From: Neocallimastix sp. 'constans'
Lineage: Eukaryota
Reading direction: 5' to 3'
DNA length: 64,000 bases
Assembly (NCBI GenBank): GCA_050613775.1
Contig: JBODTK010000014.1
Coordinates: forward strand, 930,001-994,000
The translations under genes and the position numbers were made by a program. Positions 52,954 through 64,000 of the stretch are shown in pieces. How positions within the stretch are numbered: the stretch's first letter is position 1; the number at the start of each line of letters is the position of its first letter. The notes beneath the pieces are model-generated. The model was not told the DNA's origin. It worked only from the letters and a program-made list of their open reading frames with translations, and searched no databases.

Positions 52954-55481
52954 TGATACGGGGTGTCACTAAATACCTTGTATTTCCTATTATATACTCT
53001 TAATAATAATAAAATAAAATTATTATTAAATATTCTTATTAAAATCTTTTATTTATATCAAATATAATAAAAATTATTATTAAATATTCTTATTAAATAT
53101 TCTTTTATTAATATTAAATATAATAAAAATTATTATTAAATATTCTTATAAAATTCTTTTATTAATATTAAATATAATAAAAATTATTATTAAATATTCT
53201 TATAAATTTCTTTTATTAATATTAAATATAATGAAAATTATTATTAAATATTCTTATAAATTTCTTTTATTAATATCAAAAATAATAAAAATTATTATTA
53301 AATATTCTTATTAAATATTCTTTTATTAATATTAAATATAATAAAAATTATTATTAAATATTCTTATAAATTTCTTTTATTAATATTAAATATAATGAAA
53401 ATTATTATTAAATATTCTTATAAATTTCTTTTATTAATATCAAAAATAATAAAAATTATTATTAAATATTCTAATAAAAATCTTTTATTAATATTAAATA
53501 TAATAAAAATTATTATTAAATATTCTTATAAATTTCTTTTATTAATATCAAAAATAATAAAAATTATTATTAAATATTCTAATAAAAATCTTTTATTAAT
53601 ATTAAATATAATAAATATTATTATTAAATATTCTTATAAAATTCTTTTATTAATATTAAATATAATAAAAATTATTATTAAATATTCTTATAAATTTCTT
53701 TTATTAATATTAAATATAATAAAAATTATTATTAAATATTCTTATAAATTTCTTTTATTAATATTAAATATAATGAAAATTATTATTAAATATTCTTATA
53801 AATTTCTTTTATTAATATCAAAAATAATAAAAATTATTATTAAATATTCTAATAAAAATCTTTTATTAATATTAAATATAATAAAAATTATTATTAAATA
53901 TTCTTATAAAATTCTTTTATTAATATTAAATATAATAAAAATTATTATTAAATATTCTTATAAATTTCTTTTATTAATATTAAATATAATAAAAATTATT
54001 ATTAAATATTCTTATAAATTTCTTTTATTAATATCAAAAATAATAAAAATTATTATTAAATATTCTAATAAAAATCTTTTATTAATATTAAATATAATAA
54101 AAATTATTATTAAATATTCTTATAAATTTCTTTTATTAATATCAAAAATAATAAAAATTATTATTAAATATTCTTATTAAATATTCTTTTATTAATATTA
54201 AATATAATAAAAATTATTATTAAATATTCTTATAAAATTCTTTTATTAATATTAAATATAATAAAAATTATTATTAAATATTCTTATAAATTTCTTTTAT
54301 TAATATTAAATATAATAAAAATTATTATTAGATATTCTTATAAATTTCTTTTATTAATATCAAAAATAATAAAAATTATTATTAAATATTCTAATAAAAA
54401 TCTTTTATTAATATTAAATATAATAAAAATTATTATTAAATATTCTTATAAATTTCTTTTATTAATATTAAATATAATAAAAATTATTATTAAATATTCT
54501 TATTAAAATCTTTTATTAATATCAAATATAATAAAAATTATTATTAAATATTCTAATAAAAATCTTTTATTAATATCAAAAATAATAAAAATTATTATTA
54601 AATATTCTTATTAAATATTCTTTTATTAATATCAAATCTAATAAAAATTATTATTAAATATTCTCATAAATTATTTAATTAATATTAAATATAATAAAAA
54701 TTATTATTAAATATTCTTATTAAAATCTTTTATTAATATCAAATCTAATAAAAATAATTATTAAATATTTTATTAATATTAAATATAATAAAAATTATTA
54801 CTAAATATTCTTATTAAAAATTATATAATATTTAAATCATTACTAATTCTTATTTTTATATTAAGAATAATAAAAACCTATTTCAATAAATATTTGATAT
54901 AAAATACAGAATTATAAGTTTCTGTATAATATTTTCTAAAATCTTTGAAATAAACTAAAAATAAAACAAAAATCAAAAATAAATTAAATCTTTATTAAAA
55001 TAAAAATGAACTAAAATACAGAAGAATTCCAATAATAAAAATGATCTAAAATACAGAAAATATCAATTCTGTATAATTCTCTCTCTGAATAACAATATCA
55101 AGAAGAAGCTACCGTCCGGAATGCCTTTCGTGATACAAGCTCTAAATTTATTTTTTATATTTTAATTTAATAAATGTTATTTTTTTTTTAAAAAATAATT
55201 TAAAATAATAGTTAAAAATTAAAATAAAATAGTTATAATAGTTTTTTTTATAAAGAATATATTAATAATAAATAAAATGTATTAAAATAAAAGTATAAAA
55301 AGAAGAATAAATTTCTTTCTTTTTAATACTTGGAACAAATAATTTTAATTTTAAATTTAAATAAAGAATATTTTAAAATTTAATTTTTTTCTTGTTTCCA
55401 AATTTATTTTTATAGTTATGTGTTAATATTTATTTTTTTTTTGTTTTGAATATCTTAGTGTTTCAACCCCAGCCCGTATCA
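52954..55481 (+). mobile_element. Solo LTR D1 (unit 4) with an expanded internal minisatellite
   Basis: TGATACGGG..CCCGTATCA termini; 3' end resembles LTR B (ATATCTtAGTGT..CAACCCC); further copies at 61103 and 62174. Confidence 0.88.
53010..54815. repeat. 54-bp tandem minisatellite, roughly 33 units, inside LTR D1
   Basis: Unit AATATAATAAAAATTATTATTAAATATTCTTATAAATTTCTTTTATTAATATTA; it produces the 18-aa periodicity of ORF 53395-54180. Confidence 0.92.
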
Positions 55482-55485
55482 TTTT

Positions 55486-56189
55486 TGATCCGGAACTAGC
55501 TTATTTACTTCAAATAAGCATACATAAAAATGATAAAAAAGAAAAAAATATAAAATATTTATAATAATGAAATTATTTAAAATTAAAATAATTATAATAA
55601 AAAAAAAATTATTTATAATAAAATTATTTATAATAAAAATAATTATCTATAAATTGTTTTTAATAAAATAAATACAGAAATATTTAATTCTGTATAAAAT
55701 TAAATCGATTGACAATACTAACTATTATTTTTATTGTTTTCTCTAAAATAAATTATTATTTTCTGTATTCTTTTTACAATAATAAACTTTATGAGAATAT
55801 AATATTTATAATTTACAAGAATATTAAATTATATATTAATTGATAAATTAAAACATTATTAGAATAGATAGTTAAAATTTTAAATATAAATAAATCATTA
55901 ATAATTATACAACTATATTTTAAAATAGATACTTTAGAATAGGTTAATTTTAAAATATATTAATATTAAAATAACATTCATAATAGAATAATATAAATAA
56001 ATGTATATGTTAATGTTCAATTCAAGATTCATGTAAAAAACTATAAAAGGAAGAAATTTTCTTTCTTTTGAAAAGGACAACAATAAAATAAAATAAAAAT
56101 TTATAAAATACTTTTAAACTAATAAAAATTTATTTATAATATTTAATATTGTGTTTTTAAAATATTGTGTGTGATCTGTGCCCATATCA
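55486..56189 (+). mobile_element. Solo LTR E1 (unit 5)
   Basis: TGATCCGGAAC..GCCCATATCA; second copy at 60387-61098. Confidence 0.85.
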
Positions 56190-56192
56190 TTT

Positions 56193-56940
56193 TGATACAG
56201 ATTGGAATTCTTACGCATAAAATTATTAGAAAGCTTGAATAATATCTAACCTATTCAACAACAAATTAATAAATTAAAATTTGAAATTAAAATCATAATA
56301 ACAAAATTTATTTTAATTAAATTCTAAAACTCGAAATTATACTTTAATTCTATTTTAATTTTTAAAATAATAAAATACTAATGTTAATTAATTTCTCTTT
56401 TTAATTAAAAGTAAATAGTTTGTAAACAATTTTCTCATTTTTATTATTTTGAATTCTTTGTTTATAATAATTCTTGTATTAATTGTTTATTTGTTTATTT
56501 TATTGTTTATTTTTATAAATATGATTATTCTTAATTGTTTTATTATTAAAAATTGTAAATACTTTAAATTATTGTAAAAATATAAATACTTGTAAATATT
56601 TTATAAAATTAATTTCTCGTTGTTATTAGAAATGTAATAAAAAAATAATAACCAAATATTATATTAATAAATATTAATAAAAATTAATAAATAATAATAA
56701 AAATTAATAAATAATAATAAAAATTAATAAATATAATAATAAAAATTAATTCTAAACACTAAAGAAATGTATAATTTTGAAAAATTAATAACAATTCAGT
56801 GTTAAGCTAGAATAATAATAACTTAATTATTAATAATAATAAAACAAATTCATTTATATTAAATTTTATATCAAACTTGATACATCTATTATCACTTTTG
56901 AAGTAATAACTTCAAATTAAGATAATAGAATCGTTTGTCA
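56193..56940. mobile_element. Solo LTR-like unit F (unit 6)
   Basis: TGATACAGATT..AATCGTTTGTCA bounded by T-rich junctions; single copy in the window. Confidence 0.7.
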
Positions 56941-56945
56941 ATTTT

Positions 56946-57868
56946 TGTTAAAGAATGAACAAATAATGTTAATTTTATTATTTTTCATAAAAATAACTTA
57001 ACCACTAAAATTAAATTATTTATTTCCTTACTTGGGGAACTTTCTTATGTTCTATTACTGCCAAATTACTACTAATATTAAATTTATTATTATTAATATA
57101 AATTCTTTATTAATATCAATACTTTATTATTAAAATTAATACTATATTATTAATATCAATATTATTATCAATATCTAGTTTTATTAATATGATTTATTCT
57201 ATCAATATTTTATTATTAAAGAAAATTTTATTTTACAAATATTACTAATACAGATTATTTATTATTAATAAAAATTAATATAATTAATAATGATTTAAAA
57301 ATATTTTACTTAAATCCATGATCCTTGTCATTAAAATTAGTAATACTTCCTTCCAAAATACACCCTATTTATAATAAGATTAATAATAGATAATAATCTA
57401 AAATACTTTTATTTAAAAATAGTATAAAATTAAATAATACTCTATTACTAATAGTTCTGTAAAAGTAATAAAATTATTTTTAAAATATATTATCACTACA
57501 ATTAATAATAAATAGTTTAGAATTTAATAATATGTAATAATTATTTATTATAATAGAATAGATTATGAATTTATAATTTAAATACAATTCAAACATGTAA
57601 CTCTAAGATATTCTAAAGAAATGGCTTGACCATTTCTAACGATAAAAAAAAATATAAATAGATGAGAAAATTGTATTTGAGAAAAATAATCTTGAAAAAT
57701 ATAATCTTATTGAAGAAATTAAATTATTTTTAGTTTTTAATTGAATAATTTTTATTAAATAAATAAATAAAATATTTTAAAAAAAAAAAGATATATTTTA
57801 AATTTTTAATTTTTTTTATTTTAGTGTTTATTTCTATATTTATTATTATTCTGTCCCGAACCTCAACA
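56946..57868 (+). mobile_element. Solo LTR G (unit 7), a diverged relative of LTR A
   Basis: TGTTAAAGAATGAACAAATAATGTT start, AAAGAAATGGCTTgACCATTTCTA motif and CCCGAACC..CA end are shared with LTR A. Confidence 0.85.
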
Positions 57869-57874
57869 TTTTTG

Positions 57875-58822
57875 TGTAATAATCATACTAAGTTCTATCA
57901 CTAAATATGATTATTAACTTCAACTTAATGACTAATTCATTAAGTTGAGAAATAAAATAAAAATAAAAATTTTACCTAAAAACGAGTTTATTATAAAATT
58001 AATTATAATAACAACACAAAGAGCAAAAGAAGGAATATTTGAATAAATTTGGTTTAAATAATATGTTTTTGAATAAAATGTTTTATTAATTTATTAAAGT
58101 TTAAAATATAAAATTGCTATTATTATAACTATATTTTTATAATAATAACTCTTGATTTCTTAAAGAGAAATCAAGAGCCCTTTTATATTTTTTTATTAAA
58201 TTAAGGTTAAATAAAAAGTTTTTTTAATCTTAAAAATTATCTTATCTAGAAAAAGATTAGAAGAAAAAACTAGATAAGTTTTGATCGATATTCTATTCAT
58301 ATCGATCATCGTATATATTAAGTAAAACCAAATATATTATTTTATATTTGGATAAAACCTTAATATATCGATTTTCTAAATTTTAATTTAGATCATCAAA
58401 TAAAAGGAAAAATAAATAATAACCGGAATGATCTAAATTATTCTATTTTTCTAAATATTATTTTTAAAATCTAATCTAAACTTATTAACATAAAACTATC
58501 TTTAAAAAATACAGAAACTTATTAATTGTTCTTTTAAATGTACAATGTACAAAATAAATAAAACTAATGTTTACATTAACTTGATAATTAAATGAATAAC
58601 TAAATAAAATTAATAATATTAATAAAAGAATATATAATAGTTATTTAAATAAATTTTTTAATATTATTTTAGTGTATGAATAATTATATATTTAATAAAT
58701 TTGATAATAATATTTCAATGTATGAATTAATTATAATTTAAATAAATTTATAATTATTATCAATAATTATAAAGACTAAGAAATAGTAATTATTTATTAA
58801 TAAATAATTATTATTTCTTACA
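57875..58822. mobile_element. Solo LTR-like unit C2 (unit 8), inverted relative to C1; 5-bp TSD TTTTG
   Basis: Reverse complement of 52021-52950; TTTTG at 57870-57874 and 58823-58827. Confidence 0.85.
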
Positions 58823-58825
58823 TTT

Positions 58826-59894
58826 TGATAAAGAATGAAGTAATAAATTGATTCTTATTAAAAACCTTTTAATATAGTCAAGGTGTTTTTTTAAAATATT
58901 AATAAATTTATGTATTCTTTACATTAATAATTTTACTATATTATTTGATCTGAAAATTTAAGTTTATACATAAAATTTAATTTAAATTTATGTTTATTCC
59001 TTATAAAGGTAAATTAAATTTATGAAAGTTTAGCAATAACATAGTACTAATTACTTTTAGTATTATTTTTCTAAATAAGGAATAATTCTTGTATATAAAC
59101 AACTTAAATAACTTTATCAATATTTCTGTCTTTCGAATTAAGAAAATAATTGAAATGAAAGAAATAAATAAAATAAAATTTTCTGTATTTAAAATTGTAA
59201 AAGGTTTTTCATATATTAATAAATGTATTTTATTTTCTATTATATCATTCAAATTAATATATAAGATTACATATTAAATTAGTATCAAAATTAAGTTAAA
59301 GTATTCAATTTTATTGTAATACTGCTTCTCTTTTTTTTGTTTAATTCTTATCTATAATGCATCTTTTATATTATAGATTTATTTTGGTTAATTTGAATAT
59401 TAGGAAATAATAAAATTTCTATTTATTACAATAAGGAAATAATCAATAAGATTTAAAAATCTATTGTTTTTCCATCTCTTCAACTACTTCCAGAGGCTTT
59501 GCTACTTTTATATCTTCAAAAAGATATAAATTGACTACCTTGGAACCCCTTTTTAGGGGAGAGAAAAAAAAAAGAAAATAAAAATAGAAATAATAAAAAT
59601 AAAATAAATAAATAAAAAAATAAATAAAAATAAATAAAAATAATAATAAAAATAAAATAAAAATAAAATAAAATAAATAAATAAAAATAAAATAAATAAA
59701 TAGAAATAAAATAAATAAATAAAATAAAATAAATAAACAAAAATAAAATAAATAAATAAAAATAATAATAAAAATAAAATAAAAATTAAAATAAAAATAT
59801 AATAAATAAATAAAAATTATTGTGAAAGAATAAAATTATTTTTTTGTGTTTTAATATTATATAATTTTTTTTTTGAATTCCTCGAGCCATAACA
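58826..59894 (+). mobile_element. Solo LTR H (unit 9), A/B-related termini
   Basis: TGATAAAGAATG start, as in A, B and G; ends CCTCGAGCCATAACA followed by TTTT. Confidence 0.8.
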
Positions 59895-59898
59895 TTTT

Positions 59899-60382
59899 TG
59901 TAAGAAATTACTTATAAAATTAATTATAAATAATTTCTTAACTACAAATTAACATTAATTATTACTAATTAACATTAATTTGAGAAAATAAAATTAAATA
60001 TAATTAAATAAATATAAAATAATATAAATAAATAATTATACTTAACTTAAATATATGATAGAGTTTATTATAGAAAGTTTATAATAAACAATAACACAAA
60101 AGGAATAAAAGACACAAATATTTATAAAATATGTTTTATTTAAAAAGGTTTTTTGTTTATTAATTAATTATTTTATTTGAATTATTATTTATTATAAAAA
60201 TTCTAAAATAATAACTCTTGATTTCTCGAAGAAAACTCAAGAGAATCAAATATATATAAATTAATAAATAAATATTATTGGTTAAACTAAATACAATAAT
60301 TTAATGTATTAAATTAATGTATTAAATAAGAAAGATAGATAAATTTTATAATAAAATAATAAATTTATCTAAGTTTCTTACA
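59899..60382. mobile_element. Solo LTR-like unit I (unit 10), a short relative of family C
   Basis: TGTAAGAAA..TTTCTTACA termini; shares AATAATAACTCTTGATTTCT..TCAAGAG with C2. Confidence 0.75.
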
Positions 60383-60386
60383 ATTT

Positions 60387-61098
60387 TGATCCGGAACTAG
60401 CTTATTTACCTCAAATAAGCATATATAAGAATGATAAAAAGAAAAAAATATAAAATGTTTATAATAATGAAATTATTTAAAATTAAAATAGTTATAATAA
60501 AAAAAAAATATTTATAATAAAATTATTTATAATAAAAATAATTATCTATAAATTGTTTTTAATAAAATAAATACAGAAATATTTAATTCTGTATAAAATT
60601 AAATCGATTGACAATACTAACTATTATTTTTATTGTTTTCTCTAAAATAAATTATTATTTTCTGTATTCTTTTTACAATAATAAACTTTATGAGAATATA
60701 ATATTAATAATTTACAAGAATATTAAATTATATTTTAATTGATAAATTAAAACATTATTAGAATAGATAGTTAAAATTTTAAATATAAATAAATCATTAA
60801 TAATTATACAACTATATTTTAAAATAGATACTTTAGAATAGATTAATTTTAAAATATATTAATATTAAAATAACATTCATAATAAAATAATATAAAAAAA
60901 TGTATATGTTAATGTTCAATTCAAGATTCATGTAAAAAAAAAAAAACTATAAAAGGAAGAAATTTTCTTTCTTTTGAAAAAGGACGACAATAAAATAAAA
61001 TAAAAATTTATAAAATACTTTTTTAAACTAATAAAAATTTATTTACAATATTTAATATTGTGTTTTTAAAATATTGTGTGTGATCTGTGCCCATATCA
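60387..61098 (+). mobile_element. Solo LTR E2 (unit 11)
   Basis: Copy of 55486-56189 with scattered differences; flanked by ATTT on both sides. Confidence 0.85.
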
Positions 61099-61102
61099 AT
61101 TT

Positions 61103-62169
61103 TGATACGAGGTGTCACTAAATACCTTGTATTTCCTATTAAATACTCTTAATAATAATAAAATAAAATTATTATTAAATATTCTTATTAATTTCCTTTA
61201 TTAATATCAAATATAATAAAAATTATTATTAAATATTCTTATTAAATATTCTTTTATTAATATCAAATCTAATAAAAATTATTATTAAATATTCTTATTA
61301 AAATCATTTATTAATATCAAATATAATAAAAATTATTATTAAATATTCTTATAAATTCTTTTATTAATATTAAATATAATAAAAATTATTATTAAATATT
61401 CTTATTAAAATCTTTTATTAATATCAAATCTAATAAAAATAATTATTAAATATTTTATTAATATTAAATATAATAAAAATTATTACTAAATATTCTTATT
61501 TAAAATTATATGATATTTAAATCATTACTAATTCTTATTTTTATATTAATAATAATAAAAACCTATTTCAATAAATATTTGATATAAAATACAGAATTAT
61601 AAGTTTCTGTATAATATTTTCTAAACCTTTGAAATAAACTAAAAATAAATCAAAAATCAAAAATAAATTAAATCTTTACTAAAATAAAAATGAACTAAAA
61701 TACAGAAGAATTCCAATAATAAAAATGATCTAAAATACAGAAAATATCAATTCTGTATAATTCTCTCTCTGAAAAACAATATCAAGAAGAAGCTCCCGCC
61801 CGGAATGCCCTTCGTGATACAATCTCTAAATTAATTTTTTATATTTTAATTTAATAAATGTTATTTTTTTTTTTAAAAAAATAATTTAAAATAATAGTTA
61901 AAAATTAAAATAAAATAGTTATAATAGTTTTTTTTATAAAGAATATATTAATAATAAATAAAATGTATTAAAATAAAAGTATAAAAAGAAGAATAAATTT
62001 CTTTCTTTTTAATACTGGGAACAAATAATTTTAATTTTAAATTTAAATAAAGAATATTTTAAAATTTAATTTTTTTTTTCTTGTTTCCAAATTTATTTTT
62101 ATAGTTATGTGTTAATATTTATTTTTTTTTGTTTTGAATATCTTAGTGTTTCAACCCCAGCCCGTATCA
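61103..62169 (+). mobile_element. Solo LTR D2 (unit 12), short-minisatellite version
   Basis: Same termini and body as D1 but only about 6 repeat units; flanked by ATTT on both sides. Confidence 0.88.
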
Positions 62170-62224
62170 ATTTTGATACGGGGTGTCACTAAATACCTTG
62201 TATTTCCTATTAAATACTCTTAAT

Positions 62225-62874
62225 TGTTAAGATAATAACTGAATTTCAATTCAATTTCAATTTCAATAATTCAGTTATTTGAATTTCAATATTAAAAAAT
62301 ATTAATATAATAATTATTATTAAATTAACTTTATTAAAATATTTAGGAATTAGTCTAGGCCAACTAATTACTAAATATTATTAACATATTGAAATTAATA
62401 TATATTAAATAATGTAAACACGTGATTGTCATTAAATTAATTTCTACATATTATATTATAATTATAAAATATAATATTTAGCTAATATTATATTCTTATA
62501 TTTTATTTATATTAAATATTTATATTATTATCTTACTTTATATTATCAATATCAAACTTATATTAATATTATTACATATTCATATTAATAATTAATATTT
62601 TAATAATTAATTATTTTATATATATACATGTTTAAATTCTTTTGATTAATCCTTTGTAGGATTATTGTAATTTAAATTATAGTAATAATTATATAAAATA
62701 ATAATGTAATAAAATATTATTAATATTAAATAAAACTTATATTTTAAATAAAAAACTTATTTATTACTAATAATAACATGTTTTAAATAAGAATAAAATT
62801 AAATTATTAATTAATTACTATAATTTTGCATCTTGACCTAATCGTTAGGAACAAATTATCCCAAAACTTTGACA
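62225..62874. mobile_element. Solo LTR X2 nested 51 nt inside D3; TSD TTAAT
   Basis: Homologous to X1 along its length; TTAAT at 62220-62224 and 62875-62879. Confidence 0.9.
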
Positions 62875-62879
62875 TTAAT

Positions 62880-63617
62880 TGTTAAAAAGTGGACAGATTG
62901 AATTTAACGACGGAATCAGGTTGATATATCTATATAATATAACTATATAGATATAAATAAATTACTAAAATAAAAGAGTTAATAAAGTTAAATTTGTTAA
63001 TTTAACACTTAATTAAAACTAATAATTGGTTTGATATGATAAAAAATTTTTATTTATTAATAAAAATATATAGTTATATTATAATAAGTTAACTATAACC
63101 TTACAAAGAACAAAAAGATAAATTTGAATTTTCTTTTTATACTTTGTAGGTTTGAGAATATTGATAATAATAATATAAAGTTGATAATAATAATATTTAG
63201 TATAAGAATATGTTTAATATAAATAAATTATATTTTTTAATCTAATATATTAGTTAATATATATAATATAATATTAAATATAAATATTTAATATAGTAAT
63301 TAATAATTAATAATTAATTAAATCAATATAACATAAATTAATACATAAACATTAATTTATGAATCAAGGATGACATGACCAAATGATTCATGTTGAATAA
63401 ATATTTTATTTACTAATAATATTTAAGTTTAATATGATATCATTAGAATCAGTAGGCCTAAGCTGGTCCTAAGATGATCAAATAACTTATAATATTATAA
63501 AATAAATAAAATTTAAAGAATAATTAATGAATTATAAATTTTTATTAATTATTTTGTTTTTAATAATTTAATTGAAATTAATTGAAATTGAAATTTAATT
63601 CAGTTGTAATTTCAACA
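62880..63617. mobile_element. Solo LTR Y, an X-related family in the opposite orientation, sharing the TTAAT target
   Basis: TGTT..AACA termini. The reverse complement of its right end (TGTTGAAATTACAACTGAATT..TTTCAATTTCAA) resembles the X start. TTAAT at 62875-62879 and 63618-63622. Confidence 0.8.
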
Positions 63618-64000
63618 TTAATAATAATAAAATAAAAACTATTATTAAATATTCTTATTAAAATCTTTTATAATAAAAATTATTATTAAATATTCTTATA
63701 GAATTCTTTTATTAATATTAAATATAATAAAAATTATTATTAAATATTATTATTAAAATCTTTTATTAATATCAAATATAATAAAAATTATTATTAAATA
63801 TTCTAATAAAAATCTTTTATTAATATTAAATATAATAAAAATTATTATTAAATATTCTAATAAAAATCTTTTATTAATATTAAATATAATAAAAATTATA
63901 ATTAAATATTCTTATTAAATTTTCTTTTATTAATATCAAATCTAATAAAAATTATTATTAAATATTCTTATAAATTCTTTTATTAATATTAAATATAATA

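Larger units (their letters stand above)
62174..64000 (+). mobile_element. LTR D3 (unit 13), running off the window; carries nested X2 and Y
   Basis: TGATACGGGGTGTCAC start; D sequence resumes after 63622 with the 54-bp repeats. Confidence 0.85.

Noticed and set aside
53395..54180. 261-aa ORF with 18-aa periodicity
   Set aside because: It is the translation of the 54-bp AT-rich minisatellite inside an LTR; there is no evidence of coding function.
53010..54815. Possible CRISPR-like array
   Set aside because: Contiguous tandem units without unique spacers, no cas genes, and a eukaryotic context.
52021..58822. C1 and C2 as terminal inverted repeats of one 6.8-kb DNA transposon
   Set aside because: Each copy has its own TTTTG duplication on both sides and its own TG..CA termini, so they are independent insertions.

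Overview
Extremely AT-rich, intron-containing fungal nuclear DNA; long homopolymers and gene style suggest an anaerobic gut fungus (Neocallimastigomycota), which is inference only. The left half holds the 3' end of the proteasome subunit gene RPN1, a decayed 28S rRNA fragment, a Cys-rich membrane protein gene, two tandem paralogues of a secreted acidic-tailed protein and decayed chromovirus-type Ty3/gypsy relics. A tRNA-Val(TAC) gene lies at 32027-32099 on the minus strand. Starting 16 nt upstream of it and running to the window edge (about 32 kb) is an uninterrupted end-to-end array of LTR-retrotransposon insertions: two full-length Ty3/gypsy elements next to the tRNA, then at least 11 solo-LTR-like units from several families. 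Each junction is a 3-6 nt spacer explained by duplication of the ATTTT sequence just upstream of the tRNA. A further LTR family has landed exactly 51 nt inside two unrelated array units. The simplest reading is a polarised, time-ordered record of repeated Pol III-targeted integration at one tRNA gene, with two landing registers (about -16 and about -67). All calls were made by eye, without alignment or database searches.
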